64,000 nucleotides of DNA from Actinomycetes bacterium. Its GTDB lineage: Bacteria > Actinomycetota > Acidimicrobiia > Acidimicrobiales > Bog-793. The notes beneath the pieces were generated by a model, which worked only from the letters and a program-made list of their open reading frames with translations, did not search any database and was not told the DNA's origin. Position numbers and translations under genes: made by a program. Within the stretch, counting starts at the first letter, position 1; every line of letters starts with the position of its first letter. The DNA is taken from assembly GCA_021798985.1 (NCBI GenBank), contig JAJZBI010000001.1:128194-192193 (forward strand). The letters run 5' to 3'. Positions 11,394 through 21,242 of the stretch are shown here, in pieces.

Positions 11394-12146
11394 TCAGCCG
11401 ACGGTGATCAGGCCGCCGAGACCGATCGCCCGCAGCGCCACCTCGAGCTCGCTCGTGAGCCACGTGAAGCGGTCGAGGACGAGCAAGACGCCGAAGAAAG
11501 CGAGCAGCGCCGCCGAGGCCGCCGTGATCGCCAGCGCGTGGGCACGCACCCAGCGCAGGGCGCCCGCCACCTTGGAGAACCCGCAGCCGACGACGAGGAA
11601 GGGCACGCCCAGCCCGGCGGCGTAGAACGCGAGCAGGGCGGCACCCTGACCGACGCCGCGCTGCAGGCCGGCGACCGCGAGCACCGAGGTGAGCACCGGG
11701 CCGATGCACGGCGTCCAGCCGAAGCCGAAGGCCACGCCCGTCAGCGGCGCCGCGAACGGCCCGAGCCGCGACGGCATCGGGTGGAAGCGGAGCTCTCGGA
11801 ACAAGAAGGGAAGGCGCAAGACGAGCGAGCCGGCGAGAAAGGCCGCCATCGCCAGCACCACGACGCCCGAGAGTCGGGTCAGGAGGATCTTGTGGTGGAT
11901 GAGCGTCGAGCCGACCGCCGTCGCCGAGACGCCGAGTAGGACGAAGACGACGCCGAAGCCGGCGATGAACAGCAAGGTGTCGCGCACCACCCGCACGAGA
12001 TGCTGGCGGCTGCCCGCCTGGGACTCGGTGATGTCGAGGCCGGTCACCATCGACAGGTAGGCGGGCACGACCGGAAGCACGCACGGCGAGACGAACGAAG
12101 CGATGCCGCCGCCGAAGGCAACGAGATAGCTGACCGACGCCGCCAT
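11394..12146 (-). CDS. ccdA: Cytochrome c biogenesis protein CcdA (DsbD-family thiol:disulfide electron transporter)
   Basis: In-frame part of ORF 11394..12692, starting MAASVSYLVAFGGGIASFVSPCVLPVVPAYL. A second conserved Cys lies in GWTPCIGPVL. The protein is a multi-TM protein. The upstream part of the ORF is Arg-rich and was rejected. Confidence 0.85.
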   Translation of the reverse strand: MAASVSYLVAFGGGIASFVSPCVLPVVPAYLSMVTGLDITESQAGSRQHLVRVVRDTLLFIAGFGVVFVLLGVSATAVGSTLIHHKILLTRLSGVVVLAMAAFLAGSLVLRLPFLFRELRFHPMPSRLGPFAAPLTGVAFGFGWTPCIGPVLTSVLAVAGLQRGVGQGAALLAFYAAGLGVPFLVVGCGFSKVAGALRWVRAHALAITAASAALLAFFGVLLVLDRFTWLTSELEVALRAIGLGGLITVG

Positions 12147-12247
12147 TTGCGAAAGAGCCTCGCAGACCCGGGGGCCCGTTGCGAGTCGCGCGCCCGCCGG
12201 GGCGACAATGCTTGCTTCGCGGCGGGCACGGCGGCAGCATCGAGTCG

Positions 12248-12526
12248 GTGGCGGGCACGGAGCTGACGCGGCAGGAGCGGGCCGTCCTCGACTTCGAGCG
12301 CAGCTGGTGGCAGCGGCCGGGCGAGGAGACCAAGGCGGCGGCGATCCGTCGCTCGCTGTCGCTGTCGGCGAGCCGCTACTACGAGCTGCTCGACGCGCTC
12401 TGTGACTCGCCGCAGGCGCTCGCCTACGACCCGCTCGGGGTGCGCCGACTCCGGCGGCGACGCACCGAGCGGCGGGCGGCTCGCCTGCTCGGACGGCCGG
12501 TGCCGAACCGCTTCCGGCACCGCTAG
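12248..12526 (+). CDS. DUF3263 domain-containing protein
   Basis: LTRQERAVLDFERSWWQ..AAIRRSLSLSASRYYELLDAL matches my memory of the actinobacterial DUF3263 family. I prefer the GTG at 12248 because the longest start (12179) would leave only 32 nt to divergent ccdA. The start is uncertain. Confidence 0.65.
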   Translation: MAGTELTRQERAVLDFERSWWQRPGEETKAAAIRRSLSLSASRYYELLDALCDSPQALAYDPLGVRRLRRRRTERRAARLLGRPVPNRFRHR

Positions 12527-12529
12527 GCC

Positions 12530-13315
12530 GTGGTGGAGTCGCTCGAGGAGGCAGCGGGACGGATCGCCGCGGCCGCCGGGTCGTGCGTGCTGTGCGTCGA
12601 CTTCGACGGAACGCTCGCCGAGATCGTCGAGGACCCCGCGACCGCGGTCGCGTTGCCACAGATCCCCGAGCTGCTCCAGCGCGCCGCCTCATCCCTCGGG
12701 CGGGTCGCCGTCATCTCCGGGCGGCCGCTCGCCTTCTTGGAAGCAGCGCTCGCCAAGGCGCCCGACGTCTCGCTCTTTGGCCTCTATGGCGCCGAGGCCC
12801 GCCAGCGCGACCGGGCGCTCGCCAACCCGACGATCCCGCAAGACGGCGCGGCACGCGCCCGGCTGGACCGGGCGATCGCCGAGCTCGAGGACGAGGCCGG
12901 GGGGATCGAGCTCGAGCGCAAGGGGCTGAGCGTCGTCGTGCACTGGCGGCAGGTGCCCGATCGCGCGGACGAGCTCGACGCGCTCGGTCGAGCGGTGGGC
13001 GAGCGCCAGGGCCTCGAGGTCCTCGCCGGCAAGATGGCCCTCGAGCTCGCCGTCCCGGGCATCGGCGACAAGGGCCAGGCCCTCCGGCGGCTGGCGGAGG
13101 GGATGCGCACCGCCTGTTTCGTCGGAGACGATCGCGGCGATCTCGCCGCCTTCGCCGTCCTCGACGAGCTCGCCGACGCGGGCCTCGAGGTGATCCGGGT
13201 CGCGGTGCGCAGCCCGGAGTCGCCGGCCGAGCTCGTCGCCGCCGCCGACCTCGTGGTCGAGGGCCCGCAGGGGACCCGAGCCTTCCTCGAGGCGATCGTC
13301 GCCAAGCGCGGCTGA
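12530..13315 (+). CDS. otsB: Trehalose-phosphatase
   Basis: HAD-IIB motif I CVDFDGTLAEIVEDP, then VAVISGRP and the late FVGDDRGD motif. It neighbours otsA. Confidence 0.85.
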   Translation: MVESLEEAAGRIAAAAGSCVLCVDFDGTLAEIVEDPATAVALPQIPELLQRAASSLGRVAVISGRPLAFLEAALAKAPDVSLFGLYGAEARQRDRALANPTIPQDGAARARLDRAIAELEDEAGGIELERKGLSVVVHWRQVPDRADELDALGRAVGERQGLEVLAGKMALELAVPGIGDKGQALRRLAEGMRTACFVGDDRGDLAAFAVLDELADAGLEVIRVAVRSPESPAELVAAADLVVEGPQGTRAFLEAIVAKRG

Positions 13316-13320
13316 GGCGG

Positions 13321-14736
13321 CTAGCCCTGGGCTCGGGGCGGGAGCGGGCTCGCCGGGCGCGCCTCGGCGAGCACCTGCTCGAGCCAGCGGGCCGGGGGCA
13401 GGCCGGGGGCGCGGTCGTGGAGCTCTTTGGCGCGGCGCGCCCGCTCGTCGCTCGGCATCTCAAGGGCGCGGGCCAGCACCGCGGCGGTGCCCGAGACGTC
13501 GAAGGGGTCGAGCGCGAGCGCCGGACCGGCAAGCTCGCCGAAGGCGCCCGCCTCGCGTGACAGCGCCACCACGCCGTCGCTGCGGTTGACCGCGGGGCCC
13601 TCCTTGGCGACCAGGTTCATCCCGTCGCGAACCGGGTTCACGAGCAAGACGTCATAGCGGCGCAACGCGGCGAGCGACGCCGGAAAGTCGTCGTCGATCT
13701 CGAGCTCGATCGGCAGGTTCTCTCCCGATCCAAAGCGCTCGTTGATGCGCTCGACCAGGCGCTCGACCTCGTTGCGGTAGGCCAGGTACTCAGGCAGGTC
13801 CTGGCGCGAGGGGTAGGCCCGGGCGACGAACACCACCCGGCCACGCCAGCGCGGCTCGGTCTCGAGCAGCTCCTCGAAGGCGAGAAAGCCCCGCAGGAGG
13901 TTCTTCGAGAGCTCGATCCGGTCGGCGCGAAAGATCAGCTGACGGCCCGCGAGGCGATCGAGGAGCCGTTCTTCTGCGGCCCGGCACTCGGGCGACTCGG
14001 CGACGGCGGCGAGCGCCTGGACGTCGATGCCGAGCGGCGCGGCGAAGGCCAGCGGCGCCCCCTCCAGCACCCGCGCGGCTCCTGCGAGATAGCCGTCAGC
14101 CCACCGCGGCGTGTGGAAGCCCGCCGCCCCGTGCGCGGCGAGACCGCCGAGCAGCTCGGTGAGCACCGCCTGGGGGAGTACCGAGAGCTCGTCGGGGCCG
14201 GGGAACGGCGTGTGGGTGAAGTGCACCGTCTTCAGGTCCGGCCGCTGCTCGGCGAGGAAGGCGCCCACCAAAAAGAGGTGGTAGTCGTTGACCATCACGA
14301 CCCCGCCCTCGTTCGCGCGCTCGGCGATCTCGCTGGCAAAGCGCCGGTTGAACTCCCGGTAGCCCTCCCAGGCGCGGTGCCAGTGGCGGTCGAAGGCCGG
14401 CCGCCGGGTGCGGTCGAAGAGCCCGTGGGTGAGGAACCACAGCGATCCGTTGGCGATGACGCGGTAGGCCGCGTCGCGCACCTCGCCGGGCACGTCGACG
14501 AGGCGGAGCGCGCAGCCTCCGACGAGCTCGGCGGGAAGGCCCCGGCGCGCCGCCTCCCGGTCGCCCTCGCTCATGGTCGAGGCGATCCACAACCGGTCGC
14601 GTCCTTCGAGGCGCTCGAGCGCGTGCAGCAGGCTGGGGGCGAGCCCACCTGCCGCGTGGCGGACCACGAGCTCGCCCGATTCGCCGATGCGCAGCGTGGC
14701 CGGCCCCCGGTTGGAGACCACCACCAGGTCGCTCAC
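13321..14736 (-). CDS. otsA: Alpha,alpha-trehalose-phosphate synthase (GT20)
   Basis: MSDLVVVSNRGP N-terminus, then NDYHL and LVNPVRDGMNLVAKE motifs. Confidence 0.9.
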   Translation of the reverse strand: MSDLVVVSNRGPATLRIGESGELVVRHAAGGLAPSLLHALERLEGRDRLWIASTMSEGDREAARRGLPAELVGGCALRLVDVPGEVRDAAYRVIANGSLWFLTHGLFDRTRRPAFDRHWHRAWEGYREFNRRFASEIAERANEGGVVMVNDYHLFLVGAFLAEQRPDLKTVHFTHTPFPGPDELSVLPQAVLTELLGGLAAHGAAGFHTPRWADGYLAGAARVLEGAPLAFAAPLGIDVQALAAVAESPECRAAEERLLDRLAGRQLIFRADRIELSKNLLRGFLAFEELLETEPRWRGRVVFVARAYPSRQDLPEYLAYRNEVERLVERINERFGSGENLPIELEIDDDFPASLAALRRYDVLLVNPVRDGMNLVAKEGPAVNRSDGVVALSREAGAFGELAGPALALDPFDVSGTAAVLARALEMPSDERARRAKELHDRAPGLPPARWLEQVLAEARPASPLPPRAQG

Positions 14737-15572
14737 GGTTGGCTCAACACCCCGGCGCGCCGCAGCGCCGCCCCGAGGACGGCGTGCGCCTGGGGAACGA
14801 GCTGGTCGAGCGGGCGCGACCGGTGGACGCGGACCCCGAGGTCGACCTGGGCGAGGGCGCCGGCCCCGTAGCGGCCGGCGACGTCGATCAGCATCCCAAT
14901 GTCGGCGCCGTAGCCGTCGTCGAGCTCGAGGTGCGCGAGCGCCTCGCGGCGCACGGCGGTCTCGCCGGCGATCGGTTGCTCGAGCACGCTCAGGTCCGGG
15001 AACAGCAACGCCAGCGCCGGACGTGCGACGAGCTCGGTGACCCGCCCGCCCCCGACCACGTCGCCGCGGGCCGAGCGCCCGAAGCGCCCCTTGACGAGCA
15101 CGATCGAGGCGTCGCTGAGCAGTGGGCCGAGGAGGCCGGTGACGAAATGCGCACGCAGGTTGGAAACGTCGGCGTCCAAAAAGACGACGATGTCTCCCTC
15201 GGTCACCGCCAGGCCGACGCGCATCGCCCCGCCCTTGCCGAGACCCACCGGGCGGCCGTGGGCGTCGCGCTCCGCGGTGCTCGCCACGACCCTCGCGCCG
15301 GCGTGCGCCGCCATGTCGGCGGTGCGGTCCTGCGAGCCGTCGTCGACCACCACGACGTCATCGACCAGGCCGATGCGGTCCACCAGGCCGTCGCGCACGG
15401 CCGAGACGACCCGGCCGACCGTGCGCTCCTCGTCACGGGCGGGAATGACGACGGCGACCTTCTGGGAGCCTTTGCGCTCCGCGAGCTGGGCGGCACTGAA
15501 GTCCTCGTGGTGGTACGTGGTGATGGAACCGGGCACGACGACCATCTTTCCCTCTGACCCACCGGGCGGCAA
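14733..15572 (-). CDS. gpgS: Glucosyl-3-phosphoglycerate synthase (GT81)
   Basis: AVVIPARDEE, VVDDGSQDRT, GKGGAM, FLDADV, GGGRVTELVARP and VDLGVRVHRSRPLDQL closely parallel the mycobacterial GpgS (Rv1208) sequence as I recall it. It has a 4-nt overlap with the otsA start. Confidence 0.8.
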   Translation of the reverse strand: MPPGGSEGKMVVVPGSITTYHHEDFSAAQLAERKGSQKVAVVIPARDEERTVGRVVSAVRDGLVDRIGLVDDVVVVDDGSQDRTADMAAHAGARVVASTAERDAHGRPVGLGKGGAMRVGLAVTEGDIVVFLDADVSNLRAHFVTGLLGPLLSDASIVLVKGRFGRSARGDVVGGGRVTELVARPALALLFPDLSVLEQPIAGETAVRREALAHLELDDGYGADIGMLIDVAGRYGAGALAQVDLGVRVHRSRPLDQLVPQAHAVLGAALRRAGVLSQP

Positions 15573-15614
15573 CGTCGGCCCTTTGACGAGGCCGCGTTGC
15601 GTCGTCCAAACTGG

Positions 15615-15720
15615 AGCTGATCATCCAGAGCGGCTGAGGGACGGGCCCTGTGACGCCGCGGCAACCAGTGCCGGAGCGATGCTCCTGTGCGAGGTGCCAA
15701 TGCCCGACCGATGAGGGAGG
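15615..15720 (+). promoter_or_regulatory. SAM riboswitch (S-box/SAM-I clan, possibly the SAM-I/IV or SAM-IV-like variant because no P4 hairpin is evident)
   Basis: TCATCCAGAGCGGCTGAGGGACGGGCCCTGTGACGCCGCGGCAACC...GGTGCCAATGCCCGACCGATGAGGGAGG matches the S-box core (AUC.AGAG.GG..GAGGGA..GGCCC..UGA..CC.GCAACC...GGUGC.AAU.CC...GAUGA). P1 pairs TCATC with GATGA, and its 3' strand abuts the GGGAGGA SD of the next CDS. Confidence 0.8.
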
Positions 15721-15724
15721 AACC

Positions 15725-16966
15725 GTGGGGTTCGTGCAAGGCCTGGTCTGTCGTGAGTGCCGACGCGCCTATCCGGCCGAAGCCCTGCACGTCTGCGACT
15801 ACTGCTTTGGACCGCTCGAGGTCGCCTACGATTACGACGCGATCGCCGCGCGGGTCTCCAAAGCGCGCATTGGCGCCGGGCCGGCCAGCATCTGGCGCTA
15901 CGTCGACCTGCTGCCGGTGGCCGGTCCCGCCGGCGCCGACCTCAACCCCGGCTTCACCCCCCTGGTGCGGGCCGACCGCCTGGCCGCCGAGCTCGGCCTC
16001 GGCGAGCTCTGGCTGAAAGACGACACCCGCAACCCGACCGGCTCGTTCAAAGACCGCGTCGTCGGCGTCGCCCTGACCAAGGCGCGCGAGCTCGGGCTGA
16101 AGGTCGCCGCCTGCGCGTCGACCGGCAACCTCGCCAACGCGGTGGCGGCGGCAGCTGCCCGCGCAGGCATGGATTCCTACGTCTTCATCCCTGCCAACCT
16201 CGAGCGGGTCAAGGTGGCGACGACGGCGGTCTTTGGTGGACGCCTCGTTGCGGTCGAAGGCAACTACGACGACGTCAACCGACTCTGCGCCGAGCTGGCG
16301 AGCGATCGCCCGGAATGGGCATTCGTCAACGTCAACGTGCGCCCCTACTACTCCGAGGGCTCAAAGACCCTGGCCTTCGAGGTGGCCGAACAGCTCGGCT
16401 GGGAGCTGCCGGACCACGTCGTCGTGCCGATCGCCTCGGGCAGCCAGCTCACCAAGATCCACAAGGGCTTCGGCGAGCTCGAGAAGGTTGGCCTCGTCGA
16501 GCCGCACCCCGTCCGGGTCTCGGGCGCCCAGGCGCTCGGGTGCGCACCGGTGGCCACCGCCTTTGCCGAGGGATCCGACACGGTCCGCCCCGTCCGCCCC
16601 GACACGATCGCCAAGTCCTTGGCGATCGGGAACCCGGCAGACGGCTGGTACGCGCTCGAGGTGGTCCGCTCGAGCGGAGGCCGGGTCGGGGCGGTGAGCG
16701 ACCCCGAGATCCTCGAGGCGATCTCCCTGCTCGCCCGCACCGAGGGGATCTTCGCCGAGACCGCCGGTGGCGTCACGATCGCCACGCTGGCCAAGCTCGC
16801 CGCCGAGGGCGCGATCGGCCCCGACGAGCGCGTCGTCGCCTACGTCACCGGCAATGGCCTGAAGACCGTCGAGGCCCTCGGCGAGGGCGTCGGCCCGAGC
16901 TACGTGATCCCCCCGTCCCTCGAAGCATTCGTCGCGGCCGACGAGGCCGCAGGAGGCATCCGATGA
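15725..16966 (+). CDS. Threonine synthase family PLP enzyme (ThrC-like; probable MetM-type O-phosphohomoserine-dependent homocysteine synthase)
   Basis: In-frame part of ORF 15650..16966. GTG at 15725 follows GAGGGAGGA. There is an N-terminal Cys4 ribbon (CRECRRAY..CDYCFGPLE) and the PLP lysine region NPTGSFKDR. It lies immediately downstream of a SAM riboswitch and overlaps (ATGA) a sulfur-carrier gene. Confidence 0.85.
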   Translation: MGFVQGLVCRECRRAYPAEALHVCDYCFGPLEVAYDYDAIAARVSKARIGAGPASIWRYVDLLPVAGPAGADLNPGFTPLVRADRLAAELGLGELWLKDDTRNPTGSFKDRVVGVALTKARELGLKVAACASTGNLANAVAAAAARAGMDSYVFIPANLERVKVATTAVFGGRLVAVEGNYDDVNRLCAELASDRPEWAFVNVNVRPYYSEGSKTLAFEVAEQLGWELPDHVVVPIASGSQLTKIHKGFGELEKVGLVEPHPVRVSGAQALGCAPVATAFAEGSDTVRPVRPDTIAKSLAIGNPADGWYALEVVRSSGGRVGAVSDPEILEAISLLARTEGIFAETAGGVTIATLAKLAAEGAIGPDERVVAYVTGNGLKTVEALGEGVGPSYVIPPSLEAFVAADEAAGGIR

Positions 16967-17238
16967 GCGTCATCGTCCGCATCCCCGCCCAGCTCCGCTC
17001 CTTGACCGGGGGCGTCGGCGAGGTCGCCGTCGAGGGCGCCACCGTCGCCGAGGTGTTCGCGGCCCTCGACAAGGCGCACCCAGGCATGGGCGAGCGCCTC
17101 CTCGACGAGGGCGGCAACCTGCGGCGCTTCGTCAACGTCTTCCTCGCCGACGAGGACGTCCGCTTCTTGAAGGGCCTCGACACGCCGGTGAGCGACGGCC
17201 AGACGCTCTCGGTGGTGCCCGCCGTCGCCGGGGGCTAG
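16963..17238 (+). CDS. MoaD/ThiS family sulfur-carrier protein (C-terminal Gly-Gly; MetO/CysO-like)
   Basis: My own read gives ATG 16963 (AGGAGG at 16951..16956, ATGA overlap with the upstream stop) and TAG 17236..17238. The 91-aa product MSVIVRIPAQLRSLTGG...FVNVFLADEDVRFLKGLDTPVSDGQTLSVVPAVAGG ends in GG. It is buried in the longer off-start ORF 15757..17238. Confidence 0.8.
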   Translation: MSVIVRIPAQLRSLTGGVGEVAVEGATVAEVFAALDKAHPGMGERLLDEGGNLRRFVNVFLADEDVRFLKGLDTPVSDGQTLSVVPAVAGG

Positions 17239-17607
17239 CGGCCAGCTGCGAAGCGGCTGACGCGCAAGCGAGGGAGCTCGGCGGGCTCCGAGGCTGCGTC
17301 AGCACCACGCGCCGGCCAGCTCGTTCGGCCAGCTCAGGAGCTGGCGAGCTGCTGGCCGCAGAAGAAAACTGCGAACGGAGCGGGGCGCCACCGAGACCTC
17401 GCCGGACTGCTCGTCCAGGGCTTGTCGGAGAACGTCACGGCGAGGCGCCCGGTCAGAGCGCGCGCCGGCGGCGCTTCGAGACGACCGTGATCGGCGCGAG
17501 CAGCAGCGAGGGCGGCGGGCCTCGGTGTCCGCGCGCCGCGTTGCGCCGTGCGGGAGACGAGCCCGCGGCCCGCGCGGTTGCACGACTCGCCAGCGCGTGG
17601 TTTGCTA

Positions 17608-19297
<1,690 letters not shown>

Positions 19298-19321
19298 CCC
19301 GCTCGCCGAACCGAACCGCAC

Positions 19322-19347
19322 ACGGGGCGCCCGCAAGGGCGCCCCGT
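19322..19347 (+). terminator. Hairpin terminator after groEL
   Basis: ACGGGGCGCCC-GCAA-GGGCGCCCCGT is a perfect 11-bp stem with a GNRA-like loop, 25 nt after the groEL stop. No U-tract follows, which is usual in high-GC genomes. Confidence 0.7.
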
Positions 19348-19403
19348 TGCGCGTCCCGAACCGGCCGCAGATGGCCGCACGCCGCCACCTCTAGACTTCT
19401 CCT

Positions 19404-20117
19404 GTGCCTGAAGCCACCGAGCAACGCGAGTCGAGCGAGGCGCGCGACGAGCACGCCACGATCGCTGGCTGGCGAGTGCTGCACCTGTTCTGCCACCTCG
19501 CTCCTGATCACGACCCCGAGGCGATCGCGCTCGCCGTCAAGGACTGCCAGGGGGATGAGCACCAGGTCGTGACGGCCGCGCTGCTCGGCCACAAGGCCGA
19601 CCTCGCAGTCATGGCGCTCGGTCCCTCCGAGGTCCGACTGCGCCGCCTGCAGAGCGCGCTGGCCCGCGCGGGATGCGCCCCGAGCTGGTCATATGTGTCG
19701 ATCACCGAGGTCTCCGAGTACGCCACGGGGCTACCAAGCCATCTGCTCCAGGCACGCCTGTACCCGGTGCTCCCCCCCGAGGGCATGAACGCCTTCTGCT
19801 TCTACCCGATGTCCAAGCGCCGCCTCGCCGAGGACAACTGGTACCAGCTCGGCTACGAGGACCGCCTCGAGCTGATGTACGGCCACGGCAAGAGCGGCCG
19901 CCGCTTTGCCGGCCGGGTCCTCCAGCTCGTGACCGGCTCGACCGGCCTCGACGACTACGAGTGGGGCGTCACCTTGTTCGCGAAGGAGCTCGACGACATC
20001 AAGGCCTGCGTCTACACGATGCGCTTCGACGAGGCGTCGGCGCGCTTTGCCGAGTTCGGCCCCTTCGTCGTCGGCACGGTCGCCAGCCCCGCCGAGGTCC
20101 TGGCGGCGCTGCGGTGA
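19404..20117 (+). CDS. hemQ: Coproheme decarboxylase / hydrogen peroxide-dependent heme synthase (chlorite dismutase family, HemQ/ChdC)
   Basis: FYPMSKRR..NWYQL and RLELMYGHGKSGRRFAGRVLQLVTGSTGLDDYEWGVTLF are typical actinobacterial HemQ motifs. GTG start. Confidence 0.85.
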   Translation: MPEATEQRESSEARDEHATIAGWRVLHLFCHLAPDHDPEAIALAVKDCQGDEHQVVTAALLGHKADLAVMALGPSEVRLRRLQSALARAGCAPSWSYVSITEVSEYATGLPSHLLQARLYPVLPPEGMNAFCFYPMSKRRLAEDNWYQLGYEDRLELMYGHGKSGRRFAGRVLQLVTGSTGLDDYEWGVTLFAKELDDIKACVYTMRFDEASARFAEFGPFVVGTVASPAEVLAALR

Positions 20118-20971
20118 GCCTCCTGCCCGACGCGCCGACCACGATCGAGGACGCCGGCACCTTGGCGGCCCTGGCCCGCGTGCTGCGCGAGCTCGGCCGG
20201 GTCGTCGTCGCCTTCTCGGGTGGGGCCGACTCGGCCTTGCTCGCCAAGGTCGCGACCGACACGCTCGGGCGCGAGCACGTGCTGTGCGCAACGGCGCAGT
20301 CGGCCTCGCTCGCCCCCGAGGAGCTCGAGGAGACCAAGCGCCTGGCGCGCGAGTGGGGGCTGCGCCACGTCACCCCGCACACCGCCGAGCTCGACAACCC
20401 CGACTACGTCCGCAACGGCCTCGACCGCTGCTTTCACTGCAAGAGCGAGCTGATGGCGGTGCTCGGCCCGCTCGCCGCCGCCGAGTCGGCGACGGTCGTC
20501 CTCGGGGTCAACCTCGACGACCTCGGCGAGCACCGGCCCGGTCAGGCCGCCGCGGCCGAGCAGGGCGCGCGCTTCCCCCTCGTCGAGGCCGGGTTCACCA
20601 AGGCGCTCGTCCGCCGCCGCTCCGAGGCGCTCGGGCTGCGCACCTTCGACAAGCCGGCGGCCGCCTGCCTCGCCTCGCGCCTGCCCCACGGGACGGCGGT
20701 GACCTTCGCTCGTCTCGAGCAGGTTGCCCGCGCCGAGTCTGGGCTCCGCCGCCTCGGATTTTCCCAGCTGCGCGTACGCCATCACGACCAGAGCGCCCGC
20801 ATCGAGGTGCCGCTCGAGGACCTCCCAGCGGTGATCGAGCGGCGGGAAGCGGTCGTGCAGGCCGTCAAGGCCGCCGGCTACCGCTACGTCACCGTGGACC
20901 TCGAGGGATTCCGGTCCGGCAATCTCGCCCTTGCCGCCCTGCAGCGCGAGGCGGGTGCCGCTGGCGCGTGA
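20114..20971 (+). CDS. larE: ATP-dependent sulfur transferase LarE (PP-loop ATPase, TIGR00268-like)
   Basis: In-frame part of ORF 19673..20971. The GTG at 20114 forms a GTGA overlap with the hemQ stop. PP-loop FSGGADS is present, with cysteines in RCFHCKSEL (CxxC) and AACLASRLPHG. Confidence 0.8.
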   Translation: MSLLPDAPTTIEDAGTLAALARVLRELGRVVVAFSGGADSALLAKVATDTLGREHVLCATAQSASLAPEELEETKRLAREWGLRHVTPHTAELDNPDYVRNGLDRCFHCKSELMAVLGPLAAAESATVVLGVNLDDLGEHRPGQAAAAEQGARFPLVEAGFTKALVRRRSEALGLRTFDKPAAACLASRLPHGTAVTFARLEQVARAESGLRRLGFSQLRVRHHDQSARIEVPLEDLPAVIERREAVVQAVKAAGYRYVTVDLEGFRSGNLALAALQREAGAAGA

Positions 20972-20990
20972 CGCGCCTACGCTGGCCCCA

Positions 20991-21227
20991 ATGAGCGTCC
21001 GCGTCCGCCTCATCTTCCCCGATGCCCTCGTGCGCGAGCCCGTGCTCGCGCACCTCGCGCGCCGCTTTCCCGTCGAGCCAAACATCCGGCGCGCCAGCGT
21101 CGAGGAGCACTCGGGCTGGATCGTCTGCGAGCTGTCCGGCGAGGCGGGAGCCATCGACGAGGCGATCGCCTGGCTCGGGGGCGAGGGAGTTCAAGTCGAG
21201 CTGCTCGGCGACGTCGTCGAGAGCTGA
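20991..21227 (+). CDS. NIL domain-containing protein
   Basis: The 78-aa product MSVRVRLIFPDALVREPVLAHLARRFPVEPNIRRASVEEHSGWIVCELSGEAGAIDEAIAWLGGEGVQVELLGDVV has the pattern of the MetN C-terminal NIL domain. ATG at 20991, 20 nt after larE. Confidence 0.7.
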   Translation: MSVRVRLIFPDALVREPVLAHLARRFPVEPNIRRASVEEHSGWIVCELSGEAGAIDEAIAWLGGEGVQVELLGDVVES

Positions 21228-21242
21228 ACGGCGCCGCGGCGC

